IMG/VR virus record: IMGVR_UViG_3300046171_000055
Location: 1 to 61,102 of that record
Origin: a virus
Lineage: Duplodnaviria; Caudoviricetes
Strand: one strand, 5' to 3'
DNA length: 61,102 nt
The notes below the pieces were generated by a model that saw nothing but the letters and a program-made list of their open reading frames with translations, was not told the origin of the DNA and searched no databases. Numbering within the stretch: the stretch's first letter is position 1; every line of letters starts with the position of its first letter. Positions 16,961 to 26,625 of this stretch are shown here, in pieces. The translations under genes were made by a program, and so were the position numbers.

Positions 16961-17204
16961 TATTATGACAATCAATTTTAAATCATTTCAGGAGTCAGGT
17001 CAGATTCAAAATGTAAAAGGAATAGATGAAGCAGATAAGCTTCATAGGTTAACAACCGATGTTATTATCTACGTCAACAATCATTACATTGAGATGCTGA
17101 AAGATGGTAATTTTTTATACCGACCATCAGGTATAGGTCAAGGCAAGAGGTCTAAGGTTCTTGCTAATGTTGAGAAATACATATACAATTTAATTTATGG
17201 CTAA
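16944..17204 (+). CDS. Hypothetical protein
   Basis: 86-aa ORF; start may be slightly downstream. Confidence 0.6.
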   Translation: MINLINIMTINFKSFQESGQIQNVKGIDEADKLHRLTTDVIIYVNNHYIEMLKDGNFLYRPSGIGQGKRSKVLANVEKYIYNLIYG

Positions 17205-17490
17205 GACAGAAGAGTTAATCAAAGAGGTAGGCAGAGAGGTAGTTATGCTATTGCTTGAAAAGAATAAAGCATATGGCGACACTGCAAACAAGCCACCGAA
17301 AATCTTCAGTAAACTTTCAGCGAAGGAAGGAATACTTGCAAGGATAGATGACAAGTTAAGCAGGATAAAAACTGTGGGTATCAATGACAAAACAGAAGAC
17401 ACCCTGCTTGACTTGATTGGCTATCTAATTCTGTACAGAGTACAGTGTAGGAAAGAAGAAGTGTCTTCAAAGACACAAGAAAAAAGTTAG
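17197..17490 (+). CDS. DUF1599 / nucleotide-modification-associated all-alpha domain protein
   Basis: EKNKAYGD...ARIDDKLSRI...EDTLLDLIGY. Confidence 0.75.
   Translation: MAKTEELIKEVGREVVMLLLEKNKAYGDTANKPPKIFSKLSAKEGILARIDDKLSRIKTVGINDKTEDTLLDLIGYLILYRVQCRKEEVSSKTQEKS
17461..17476. repeat. 16-bp palindrome copy 7 (CA centre)
   Basis: Exact match in the C-terminal tail of 17197..17490 (VSSKT). Confidence 0.95.
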
Positions 17491-17553
17491 ACGAAATTTG
17501 GAAAATTAATAAAAGTTTACTAAATTTACAGACAAATCAAAATCAAATCAATT

Positions 17554-17757
17554 ATGTCAAAAATGAAGCAAGTCTTCCAAGAAGAAAGGGAAGCAAACGT
17601 AGACCAAGATGGACTCTTGGATGCAGAATGGGAACAAATAAAAACCGTTCACGAAAGCCAAAGGCAAATGTTAAATCAAATCTTTGAAGCTTGGGGAGAA
17701 ATCTTTGGGGTCAAGGATGTTAAATCTAAATCAAATAATGAAGACGAAAATTTTTAA
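17554..17757 (+). CDS. Hypothetical protein
   Basis: 67-aa ORF after an AATCAA-repeat leader. Confidence 0.6.
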   Translation: MSKMKQVFQEEREANVDQDGLLDAEWEQIKTVHESQRQMLNQIFEAWGEIFGVKDVKSKSNNEDENF

Positions 17758-18034
17758 TTTATATGTGGATAGAGTTTGCTTTCTATTTGGAATAGAAAAA
17801 GAAACTTTGTTTACCAAAACCAAACGAAGAGATGTAGTAGATGCAAGGCATTTGTTATATTACCTTTGTCATCAACGACCAATGAGGTTGGTATACATTC
17901 AGGAGTATATGGCAGAGAACGGATACGTTATTAATCATTCATCAATTCATCACGGAATAGCACAAGTAAAGCAGAAAGTGAAGGATGATGTTGATTATAT
18001 AAACGCAGTAAGTGAAGTAGTAGATGAAGTATAG
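17738..18034 (+). CDS. DnaA C-terminal-like HTH protein
   Basis: KTKRRDVVDARHLLYYLC...NHSSIHHG matches the DnaA domain IV pattern; start reassigned to ATG 17738. Confidence 0.7.
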   Translation: MKTKIFNLYVDRVCFLFGIEKETLFTKTKRRDVVDARHLLYYLCHQRPMRLVYIQEYMAENGYVINHSSIHHGIAQVKQKVKDDVDYINAVSEVVDEV

Positions 18035-18476
18035 TTTGGATGACATATATAATCAGTCTGTTAATGATACTTTTGCATTACAACTAGATGGAGATGGATA
18101 TGAATCTCGAATGGTTTATGGTACAAAAATTATCAAAGACAAATTAGATGGTAGCATTCAGATACTTAACACTGCAAGAGGAGGCGATTATTATTCTCAC
18201 CTAACAACTGAACAACTAAATAATTTTTTAGAAAAAGGTTGGAGGTATGGAGTTTTTGTCTTATCTTTGTCTAACTATCGTTCAAAGCTTGACATCATTG
18301 AGCAACGAATTAAATTGTTTATCAATGAGAAAAAGTCTGAGAAGCAGATACTACAATTAAAAGCTAGTCGAGAAAGAATCTTGGCTAAGTATAGTGAAAT
18401 CAATTTTAAATTAAATCAATTAAATCAATTAAATTATGGCAACAAAGTCAACAACGAAGAAGCTAACAACATTTGA
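18024..18476 (+). CDS. Hypothetical protein
   Basis: 150-aa ORF in operon. Confidence 0.65.
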   Translation: MKYSLDDIYNQSVNDTFALQLDGDGYESRMVYGTKIIKDKLDGSIQILNTARGGDYYSHLTTEQLNNFLEKGWRYGVFVLSLSNYRSKLDIIEQRIKLFINEKKSEKQILQLKASRERILAKYSEINFKLNQLNQLNYGNKVNNEEANNI

Positions 18477-19074
18477 GAAGCTATCTTCAGTCAACGTAAA
18501 TAAATATGTTGAGAAGAAAAATGGTCTAACGTATTTGTCTTGGGCATTTGCGTGGGCAGAAACTAAGAAGCATTGTCCTGATGCTAAGTATGAAATCCTT
18601 GAAACAACTTATGATGATGCGATAGGTTTTATGTGTAACACACAAGTAACAATCGAAGGCGAAACCTTAGGTATGTGGTTACCCGTAATGGACACCAAGA
18701 ATCAATCAATGAAGAAGCATAAGTATTCTTACACAACTAGGTACGGAGAGAAAGAGGTAGCAGGAGCAACTACATTTGACATCAACAAAACTATGATGAG
18801 ATGTTTAGTTAAGAATCTAGCTATGTTTGGGTTGGGTATTTATATATATGCAGGAGAGGATATGCCAATGGAAGAAGAAAAGGTTGTGTCTTCAAAGACA
18901 CCAACGGCTAGTGGCAAACCAAAACTTGAAGTAGGAGATGAGAAGTGGGAGGCAATGGCTAACTTTTGTGTAGCTAATAAATCACTTGGTTACAAAAAGC
19001 TATGTGATAAGATTGGTACTAAGTATACATTGAGTGCAGGGGTTAAGAACGAAATCAAAAACTTAATCAAATGA
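18436..19074 (+). CDS. Sak/Rad52-like ssDNA annealing protein (DUF1071-like)
   Basis: EKKNGLTYLSWAFAW...MWLPVMD...INKTMMRCLVKNLAMFGLGIYIYAGED. Confidence 0.88.
   Translation: MATKSTTKKLTTFEKLSSVNVNKYVEKKNGLTYLSWAFAWAETKKHCPDAKYEILETTYDDAIGFMCNTQVTIEGETLGMWLPVMDTKNQSMKKHKYSYTTRYGEKEVAGATTFDINKTMMRCLVKNLAMFGLGIYIYAGEDMPMEEEKVVSSKTPTASGKPKLEVGDEKWEAMANFCVANKSLGYKKLCDKIGTKYTLSAGVKNEIKNLIK
18886..18901. repeat. 16-bp palindrome copy 8 (CA centre)
   Basis: Exact match in an interdomain linker (VVSSKTP). Confidence 0.95.
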
Positions 19075-19793
19075 AAGAGGTAATAGAGAAACTAAAAGAT
19101 GACACCCAATACTATGGGGAGTTTGGTAAGCAGTTCTTATCTAATTCAGACATCGGCACACTACTAAAGAATCCTAGAGAGTTTGGATTACCACAAGATG
19201 ATAACGTAAACTTTCATAAAGGCAGATACTTTCATCAACTAATACTAGAACCTGAGAAGGCAAAGGAAACTAAGTTTATTGATGTGTCATCTAGAAACAC
19301 GAAGGCATACAAAGAACAAGCGACCAATGGTATTATAATGTTGGACAAGGAAGGTCAGGAGATTCGTGATTGTGTTCAAGCAATGATGGAAAACTTACCA
19401 TTCTTTGAAGGCATTCGTCAGGCAGGTAATGAGTATGAAGTTCCTGCAATTGCAGACATAAAGGGAATGAAGTGGAAAGGTAAAGCAGATATAGTTTGTA
19501 CAGACAAACTGATTGACCTGAAAACTACAGGTTCAATCTCTGATTTTAAATGGTCAGCACGAAAGTATAATTATGATAGTCAATGCTATATATACCAACA
19601 ACTATTTGGTAAGCCATTAGTATTCTATGTGGTTGATAAGACATCTAAACAATTAGGTATCTTTAGACCATCACAAGAATTTGTAGAACGTGGCGAACAA
19701 AAAGTTATACAAGCTATTGAAGTTCACAGAAAGTTTTTTGGAGAGAATCCAACGTATGATATAAATGAATATTATGTTGAAGAGACTCTTTAA
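19071..19793 (+). CDS. RecE/exonuclease VIII-like PD-(D/E)XK exonuclease (DUF3799-like)
   Basis: LSNSDI...G..FH..ILEP...KGKAD...IDLKTT...YNYDSQ..IY. Confidence 0.85.
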   Translation: MKEVIEKLKDDTQYYGEFGKQFLSNSDIGTLLKNPREFGLPQDDNVNFHKGRYFHQLILEPEKAKETKFIDVSSRNTKAYKEQATNGIIMLDKEGQEIRDCVQAMMENLPFFEGIRQAGNEYEVPAIADIKGMKWKGKADIVCTDKLIDLKTTGSISDFKWSARKYNYDSQCYIYQQLFGKPLVFYVVDKTSKQLGIFRPSQEFVERGEQKVIQAIEVHRKFFGENPTYDINEYYVEETL

Positions 19794-19920
19794 TAAAGTA
19801 AGTAAAAAGCAAGTGTTATGGTTTCAAGTTCCAATGAATTGTAACACTCGCAGAGAAAAGGATTTCCTTATCTCAGATTTATTAAATCAATTGGAACAAA
19901 AAATTAAAATCAATAAATAA
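19774..19920 (+). CDS. Small hypothetical protein (48 aa)
   Basis: Hand-translated MLKRLFNKVSKKQVLWFQVPMNC...; TAATG overlap with the SSB start. Confidence 0.5.
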   Translation: MLKRLFNKVSKKQVLWFQVPMNCNTRREKDFLISDLLNQLEQKIKINK

Positions 19921-20192
19921 TGGCAGAAGAAAAAATTTTTGCAGATGGTTTCTCTTTTAAGAGAAACGACAATGCTCCCGAATTTGTAGTAGGGAAGCAG
20001 TCCATCAAGGTGGATGAAGCTATTGCGTTCTTAAAAAAGAATGCAAAGAACGGATGGGTAAACCTAGATATTAAACAAGCAAAAGGAGGCAACTACTATT
20101 GTGAGTTAGATACTTGGGTAGCTAAACCAAAAGCAGAACCTGCAGCAGCAGTCGCAGCAGACACTGCAAGTGGGGAAGACCTACCTTTCTAG
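19920..20192 (+). CDS. Single-stranded DNA-binding protein (putative)
   Basis: Follows the SSAP/exonuclease pair; acidic C-terminal EDLPF tail. Confidence 0.7.
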   Translation: MAEEKIFADGFSFKRNDNAPEFVVGKQSIKVDEAIAFLKKNAKNGWVNLDIKQAKGGNYYCELDTWVAKPKAEPAAAVAADTASGEDLPF

Positions 20193-20207
20193 TGTCTTTA
20201 AAGACAC
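20192..20207. repeat. 16-bp palindrome copy 9 (TA centre, perfect palindrome)
   Basis: AGTGTCTTTAAAGACACT overlapping the SSB stop codon. Confidence 0.95.
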
Positions 20208-20225
20208 TGATTGTTTGTGTGTGTA

Positions 20226-20256
20226 AGGAGGGGGATTTAGTTCCCCCTCTTTTTTA
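20226..20256 (+). terminator. Intrinsic terminator
   Basis: GAGGGGGA/TCCCCCTC hairpin followed by T6. Confidence 0.8.
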
Positions 20257-20349
20257 CACCAACAATGTCAGAATGAAAGCATTTATACTTTCTATCTACT
20301 TTATTTTTATATATAATATTTTTTTATTTTCTTTACATTATAAGAAAAA

Positions 20350-20420
20350 AAACAACATATCAACATTTAGTACTGATAATCAACGAGTTACAAAAATCAA
20401 ATCAACATTAAATCAACAGA
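20350..20420. other. AT-rich origin-like module B upstream of the primase-helicase
   Basis: CAACAT repeats around an IHF-consensus match AATCAACGAGTTA (20378-20390). Confidence 0.5.
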
Positions 20421-20423
20421 CAG

Positions 20424-22836
20424 ATGACAGAAAAGGTTACAATATTTAAAAACATTAAAGAAACAGAGACTCCATTTCATAAGGAAGTGGGTGTTGTACT
20501 AGAGAGAATCAAGGATGGTGCAACAAAGAACTTAGTTAAATCAATACGGCTTACTAAGGATAAATCAGAACGCAATGAACTAAAGAAAAGATTACCTGCG
20601 ATTTGTTTTAGTGGAACATTCACAAAGAGAAAAGATGATGCTATACAAGAACACTCAGGTATTATTTGTTTGGACTTTGATGGCTACGAAAAAAAGAAAT
20701 TACTTTTAGAACATAAAGAAAGATTAACTAAAGACCCATACACGTTTTCAGTTTTCATTTCACCATCAGGCAATGGACTTAAGGTATTGGTAAAGATACC
20801 TGCCAATACAGAAAACCATATAAACTATTTTAATTCACTCCAAAAATATTATGACTCACCTTACTTTGATAAGATGTGTAAGAATGTTTCAAGAGTTTGT
20901 TATGAATCATACGACCCATTACTTTATACCAACAAAGTATCACAACTGTGGGATACAGTAGCTGAACCTGAATACACTGAGGTAGATAAATACAATGACC
21001 CTCCAACAATACCAATCTCAGATGAGAATAAAATTGTAGAGATACTTGTTAAGTGGTGGGAGAAAAAATATCCAATGATTGAAGGTCAACGTAATCAGAA
21101 CTGCTATGTATTAGCTATGGCATTCAATGATTATGGAATCAATAAATCGTTGGCAGGTTATATACTTAATAGATATGTCACTAAAGATTTTAATCAAAAT
21201 GAAATCAACAGAACAATAGACTCTGCATATATTAATACTCAAAACTTTGGTACTAAGTATTACGAAGATGAAGAAAGACTTCAATCAATTAAGGATAAGT
21301 TTAGAAAGGGTATATCAAAAAAAGAAATACGCAGCCAACTAAGTGATGCAGGTATGGATTCAGAAGCGATAGATGGTGTAGTAAATAAAATAGAAAAGGA
21401 ACAAGCAAAGAAAACCTTTTGGGAAAAGAATGAAAAGGGAACCATAAAGATTGTACACTTCTCTTTTAAAAAGTTTTTAGAAGACAATGGTTTCTATAAG
21501 TATTGCCCTGAAGGTGGTAAGAACTATGTGTTTGTTAAGGTTACTAATAACCTAATAGACCACACATCAGAAAAAGAAATTAAAGGACTTTGTTTTAAAT
21601 TATCTACAAGACATTGATGACTTAAGTGTATACAATTACTTTGCAGACCAAGTTAGATTTTTTAGGGAAGAGTTTCTTACTCTACTAAATACCATTGATA
21701 TTTATTTTATCGAAGACACAAAAGAATCTGCTTACTATACTATCAAAACTGTGCAGTCAAGATAACTAAAGATTTAATTGAACCCATAGACTACTTAGAT
21801 TTAGGTGGTTATGTATGGTCAGACCATATCATATCAAGAAAGTTTAAAATATGTGATGAGTATCAAGTGTGACTATTCTATATTCATTGGAAACATTTGT
21901 GGTAATGATACAGACAGGGTAAAAACTATGGAAAGCACCATAGGTTTTATGATGCACGGGTATAAAAATTTATCATACTGTCCTGCAATCATATTGAATG
22001 ATGAGATTATATCAGACAACCCTGAGGGTGGAACAGGTAAAGGTTTGTTTATGAATGCACTGAGTCAAATGAAAAAGTTAGTAGTCATAGATGGTAAAGC
22101 TTTTGCTTTTGAGAAATCATTTCCATATCAGTTAGTATCAGCAGATACACAGATACTTTGTTTTGATGATGTAAAGAAGCACTTTGATTTTGAAAGATTG
22201 TTTAGTGTAGTAACAGAAGGATTAACACTAGAGAAGAAGAACAAGGATGCAATTAAGATACCATTTAGCAAGTCTCCTAAAATAGCTATCACAACTAACT
22301 ATGCTATCAAAGGTTCAGGTAATTCTTTTGAACGTAGAAAGTGGGAGGTAGAACTTCATCAACACTATACTAAAAACTTCACACCACTTGATGAATTTGA
22401 TAAGCACTTCTTTGCTGATTGGAATGAAGATGATTGGTGTTTGTTTGATAACTATATGACTTCGTGTTTACAGAACTATTTAACAACAGGATTAGTAAAG
22501 AGTAAGTTTGTTAATCTAAAGATTAGACAACTATCTGCCTCAACTTCACACGATTTTATTGAATGGTGTGGATTAATTGAAGGTCATCAGAAAAATAATA
22601 AATTAGTTTTAGATACAAGACTGTCTATGCAAGATTTATATTTTGATTTCATTGGGGAGTATCCTGACTATGGACCAAAAGCTAAGATGACTATTAGTAG
22701 AACTAGATTTTATAAATGGTTAATTCAGTATGGTTCATACATAACTAACAGACAACCATTAGAAGGAAGAGATATGAATGGTAGATGGTTTGAAATGCAG
22801 AACCCTAAACCGACTCAAGGCAGTCTTAGTATATGA
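20424..22836 (+). CDS. Primase-helicase (VirE-N/BT4734-like N-terminus, PriCT, SF3-like P-loop helicase), interrupted by three frameshifts in this sequence
   Basis: LDFD, FISPSGNGLK, EGQRNQ in 20424..21617; GGTGKG, CFDD, ITTNY in 21805..22836; the gap reads as protein via shifts near 21585, 21736 and 21860. Confidence 0.8.
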
Positions 22837-23066
22837 CAGAGGAAACACTTGACATAGCAATGATTAATTCTTTCAATGTAATAGTATTGGACTATGATTG
22901 GGAGGATATCATTGATGGCAAGACTCCTTACTTTGCTCATAATGTGGCAAGAAGAATACCAAGTAAAAGAGAGTTAGAAAATATATTAAAATACTTTATT
23001 GAAACAGAAGACTACGAAAGATGTGCATCGTTACAAAGATATATGAAGGAAGACCTGAAGGTGTAA
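22833..23066 (+). CDS. Hypothetical protein with UVR-like C-terminal motif
   Basis: YFIETEDYERCASLQ. Confidence 0.6.
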   Translation: MTEETLDIAMINSFNVIVLDYDWEDIIDGKTPYFAHNVARRIPSKRELENILKYFIETEDYERCASLQRYMKEDLKV

Positions 23067-24508
23067 CCGAAAGAGTTGCAGGTTACTCAGACGAAATGAT
23101 GTATCGTCAATGCAAACTTCTACACGATATAGTTTTTAAAACCAAACTTGTAAAGCAAGGCAGGGGGAAAAACGCAGTGATGGTAGAAAAAAGAATGTAT
23201 GAGATAGATGGTGTGGTAGAACATAGAGCAAAGATTAGTCTTGAATATTATAAAAATAGAATGGCAACACCAAGTAAAATTAAATTCAGAGAATATCAAA
23301 AGAAAATTATTGTACAAGGAGCAGAGCATTTAATTAAAAATGGATTTGTTTATTTAGCTATGGAGGTTAGAACAGGCAAGACATTGACAAGTCTAGGTAT
23401 GTGCCGTTTGATGAGAGACAAAAAAGTTCTATTCGTTACAAAGAAAAAAGCAATCAGCAGCATAGAATCTGATTATGATTTATTAAATGCAGATTTCAGT
23501 ATAACAATAATTAATTATGAATCTCTACATAAAATAACAGACAGGGATTTTAATACAATTATTTTAGATGAAGCACACAGTATGGGTGCGTTTCCTAAAC
23601 CAAGTAAAAGAGCCAAGCAAGTAAAAGAAATACTTACTGCTCATAACCCAAAGGTTATATTGTTATCAGGAACTCCAACACCTGAATCATACAGTCAAAT
23701 GTTTCATCAGGTTTATGGCATCAAGAACAATCCTTTCAAAGACTATGTAAACTTTTATAAATTCTCAAAGCGATATGTAAATGTCAAACAAAGAAAGATA
23801 AATGGTTTGTATATAAATGATTATCACAATGGACTACAATCTATACTTGATGAAATGAAACCACACACCATTGCTTACTCACAAAAGGAGGCAGGTTTTA
23901 AAGTAGACACAAGGGAGCACACGCTTGAGGTTGAACTTGAACCAATAAGCTATAAGCTTACGGCTCAGTTAAAGAAAACTTTAGTGGTTGAAGGAAAGGA
24001 TGAGGTCATACTTGGTGATACACCGGTGAAGTTAATGATGAAGCTGCATCAGTTATACTCCGGAACAATAAAGTTTGAATCAGGTAACTCAACTGTATTA
24101 GATTATAGTAAAGCAAAGTTTATTAAAGAAAAATTCAAGGGTAAGAAGATTGGAATCTTCTATAAGTTCAAAGAAGAATTAAATGCTCTGAAAGAAATCT
24201 TTGGAGATAATTTAACAACAGAACTTAGTGTCTTTGAAGACACAAGTAAGTCTATAGCTTTACAAATTGTATCAGGTCGTGAGGGTATCTCCTTACGAAA
24301 AGCAGATGCTCTTGTATATTATAATATAGATTTTTCTGCTACGTCATATTGGCAGAGCAGAGACAGAATGACAACTAAAGATAGACTAGAGTCAGACGTT
24401 TATTGGGTTTTCTCTAAAGGAGGAATTGAAAAAGATATTTACAAAGCAGTCTCCAAGAAGAAGGACTATACTGTGAATCATTTTAAAAAGGATTTGCTAT
24501 CTTTGTGA
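23021..24508 (+). CDS. SF2 (SNF2-like) helicase
   Basis: FREYQ, MEVRTGKT, INYESL, ILDEAH, LSGTP, GREGISL, QSRDR; true start uncertain. Confidence 0.88.
   Translation: MCIVTKIYEGRPEGVTERVAGYSDEMMYRQCKLLHDIVFKTKLVKQGRGKNAVMVEKRMYEIDGVVEHRAKISLEYYKNRMATPSKIKFREYQKKIIVQGAEHLIKNGFVYLAMEVRTGKTLTSLGMCRLMRDKKVLFVTKKKAISSIESDYDLLNADFSITIINYESLHKITDRDFNTIILDEAHSMGAFPKPSKRAKQVKEILTAHNPKVILLSGTPTPESYSQMFHQVYGIKNNPFKDYVNFYKFSKRYVNVKQRKINGLYINDYHNGLQSILDEMKPHTIAYSQKEAGFKVDTREHTLEVELEPISYKLTAQLKKTLVVEGKDEVILGDTPVKLMMKLHQLYSGTIKFESGNSTVLDYSKAKFIKEKFKGKKIGIFYKFKEELNALKEIFGDNLTTELSVFEDTSKSIALQIVSGREGISLRKADALVYYNIDFSATSYWQSRDRMTTKDRLESDVYWVFSKGGIEKDIYKAVSKKKDYTVNHFKKDLLSL
24228..24243. repeat. 16-bp palindrome copy 10 (TG centre)
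   Basis: Exact match inside the helicase (SVFEDT frame). Confidence 0.95.
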
Positions 24509-24509
24509 T

Positions 24510-24716
24510 ATGAGGTTTGTAAAGTTTACACTAATTTGGATTAGTCAGAACTTAGCCATACCTTTTTGGGTGGTTGGGCATATTCACCTTTCGATTCATA
24601 GCTTTCACGACCTAACAGAAATTATGTCTTCAGTGGGTATGAACGTGATTGTAGCAGTGGGATTTTATTTAGATTATAAAAGTGACCGAACAACAAATAC
24701 AGGCGAAAAGAATTAA
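24510..24716 (+). CDS. Small membrane protein
   Basis: Hydrophobic 68 aa; TATCTTTG box at 24498-24505. Confidence 0.55.
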   Translation: MRFVKFTLIWISQNLAIPFWVVGHIHLSIHSFHDLTEIMSSVGMNVIVAVGFYLDYKSDRTTNTGEKN

Positions 24717-24921
24717 GCAGTTAGAAGCTGAAGGTTACTATGTAATAAAACTAGTAAAGACAAACAAGAATGGAATACCTGACATAATTGCTATACCACC
24801 TAATTCAAATGTAATCTTTAGTGAAGTGAAGACACCAACAGGTAAAGTGTCAAAGCTTCAAGAGTATAGACTAAAAGAATTAGATGAATATGGATTTAGA
24901 ACTGAAGTTTTTAGAGGATGA
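24682..24921 (+). CDS. VRR-NUC nuclease (Holliday junction resolvase-like)
   Basis: EQQIQ...GIPD...FSEVK...GKVSKLQ. Confidence 0.85.
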   Translation: MTEQQIQAKRIKQLEAEGYYVIKLVKTNKNGIPDIIAIPPNSNVIFSEVKTPTGKVSKLQEYRLKELDEYGFRTEVFRG

Positions 24922-25297
24922 GTTGTTATATGAGATTGACGATTGGTTCTTTCAACAACTAAGCGACTACTCATTAACTGATGCATCTTTAATAGTAGCA
25001 CAGACTCTTGCGGTATTAAAAGAACTCCCTACAAAAAATGGATGGAGTCAAGAAGTAGCAGGTGTTATTACTGACAAAGGAACAGAGCCTATATTTTTTG
25101 TGATAGAATATTTGAAACAAGAAGATGACAGACCAATACTAATAGATATAAATGAAATTGAAGTAGATGAATACTTAGACTTTATAATAGAAAACAAATC
25201 AATCAAATCATACATAGATGAATCAAGAGTTAGAGACCTTATACTTAAAGGTGGAACAGTTCAGCCACTTAAAAGAAATAATAAAAACAATTCTTAA
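24884..25297 (+). CDS. Hypothetical acidic protein
   Basis: 137-aa ORF. Confidence 0.6.
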   Translation: MNMDLELKFLEDELLYEIDDWFFQQLSDYSLTDASLIVAQTLAVLKELPTKNGWSQEVAGVITDKGTEPIFFVIEYLKQEDDRPILIDINEIEVDEYLDFIIENKSIKSYIDESRVRDLILKGGTVQPLKRNNKNNS

Positions 25298-25769
25298 CGT
25301 AGACGTTAAGAAAGATAGGAATAGAATGCAGCATACAGTCAATTGTAAAATGATATATGCTAATGTACTTAGAGAATGTGGTTATGGGTGCAGTGTTATT
25401 TCTAAATCAATCTTAATGAACCACGCAACTATCCTCCATTACTTTAAAACATTTCCTTTCTACATAAAAACAGATGTAGTTCTTCGTAATAATTATGAAA
25501 GAATTAAATCAGAGTTTAATAAAGAGTATGACCCTGTTTATTATTTGTCAGAAAATGAACTAAAAAACGAAGTTTTTTCTTTGAAAATTAAAAATAAAGA
25601 TTTATCTTCGGATTTAGAGACGTGCCAATCTAGACTAACCGAACTTGAAAAGCACAAGGCTAGGTTTGAAACCATATTTAAATTGGTTGAAGAGAGAACT
25701 AAACCCGGTACAGAAGACCACGTTCTTAAAAAATTAAATCATTTTTTCAATGGTGTTTACACAAAATGA
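25218..25769 (+). CDS. DnaA C-terminal-like HTH plus coiled-coil protein
   Basis: RNRMQHTVNCKMIYANVLRECGY...ISKSILMNHATILHY. Confidence 0.6.
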   Translation: MNQELETLYLKVEQFSHLKEIIKTILNVDVKKDRNRMQHTVNCKMIYANVLRECGYGCSVISKSILMNHATILHYFKTFPFYIKTDVVLRNNYERIKSEFNKEYDPVYYLSENELKNEVFSLKIKNKDLSSDLETCQSRLTELEKHKARFETIFKLVEERTKPGTEDHVLKKLNHFFNGVYTK

Positions 25770-26004
25770 AATAGACAGAGTACTAGGCTATAAGAGTTGG
25801 TCTAATAAAAGAAAAGAAGACAAGCTTTTAAGAATGGACTGCTCTATGTATTGTCACCTTGGAACAGACTCTAATAAAAAAGAAAGAGAAGAAGTAACAA
25901 AAGCTTCTCGTAAAATTTATACTGCAATCAAATCTATAAATCATAATATGGGAACATTGTTTTTACAAACAATGGACAAGAATGTAACTAAAGAACCTTT
26001 ATAG
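25750..26004 (+). CDS. Hypothetical protein
   Basis: 84-aa ORF. Confidence 0.6.
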   Translation: MVFTQNEIDRVLGYKSWSNKRKEDKLLRMDCSMYCHLGTDSNKKEREEVTKASRKIYTAIKSINHNMGTLFLQTMDKNVTKEPL

Positions 26005-26006
26005 GA

Positions 26007-26201
26007 ATGACACAAGAGCCGTCATCGTATGACAAAGAACGTATTGCTCACATCAATCATTTGATGGAATCAATACACGGCTCTACCAACGAGATTTATG
26101 AAGCACTAATTGACAGAGACTTTGTTATCTTAAAGAAGGAAATAAAAGAACTTCAAGGCATCCTTAAGGACATATCTATATCTATAGAGGATGACATATG
26201 A
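26007..26201 (+). CDS. Hypothetical protein
   Basis: 64-aa ORF. Confidence 0.55.
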   Translation: MTQEPSSYDKERIAHINHLMESIHGSTNEIYEALIDRDFVILKKEIKELQGILKDISISIEDDI

Positions 26202-26625
26202 ATATAAGCAGTTTGCTACTGAGCAGCAGTTATTTGATTTTATAAAAGATAATTTTATAAACGACCTGAACCCAAGTGAATATTCAACATCGAGATACGA
26301 TTGTTTTTCTGAACGATATCAAATGGACATTGAACTTAAATGCAGGAGAAAGCATTACGATGGTTTAATAATAGAGAAAGGAAAGTATGATGCACTAATG
26401 AATCGTTGTAAAATACACGGGACTACACCCGTATATATTAACTCCACACCTGAAGGTGTTTGGGGTTTTTATTTGGAACAGTTTGATTTAGTATGGGAAC
26501 ACAGAGACTTGCCTAAACAAACAGATTTCTCAGACAGAAAAACCATATCAAAAGAAATAAGCTACCTAGAAGTATCCAAAGGTGTGGATTTACTTCTTCT
26601 TCTTTCTTCTTCTTCGACTCTTTGA
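26191..26625 (+). CDS. PD-(D/E)XK-fold putative nuclease
   Basis: SRYDC......IELKCR...LIIEKGKYD. Confidence 0.6.
   Translation: MTYEYKQFATEQQLFDFIKDNFINDLNPSEYSTSRYDCFSERYQMDIELKCRRKHYDGLIIEKGKYDALMNRCKIHGTTPVYINSTPEGVWGFYLEQFDLVWEHRDLPKQTDFSDRKTISKEISYLEVSKGVDLLLLLSSSSTL

Noticed and set aside
11280-20207. Palindromes as a CRISPR array or integron-like cassette boundaries
   Set aside because: Spacing is 0.8-2.5 kb, many copies lie inside genes, and no cas or integrase gene is visible.
20192-20449. 85-aa + strand ORF
   Set aside because: Starts inside a palindrome and crosses a terminator and the AT-rich origin-like tract; likely spurious.
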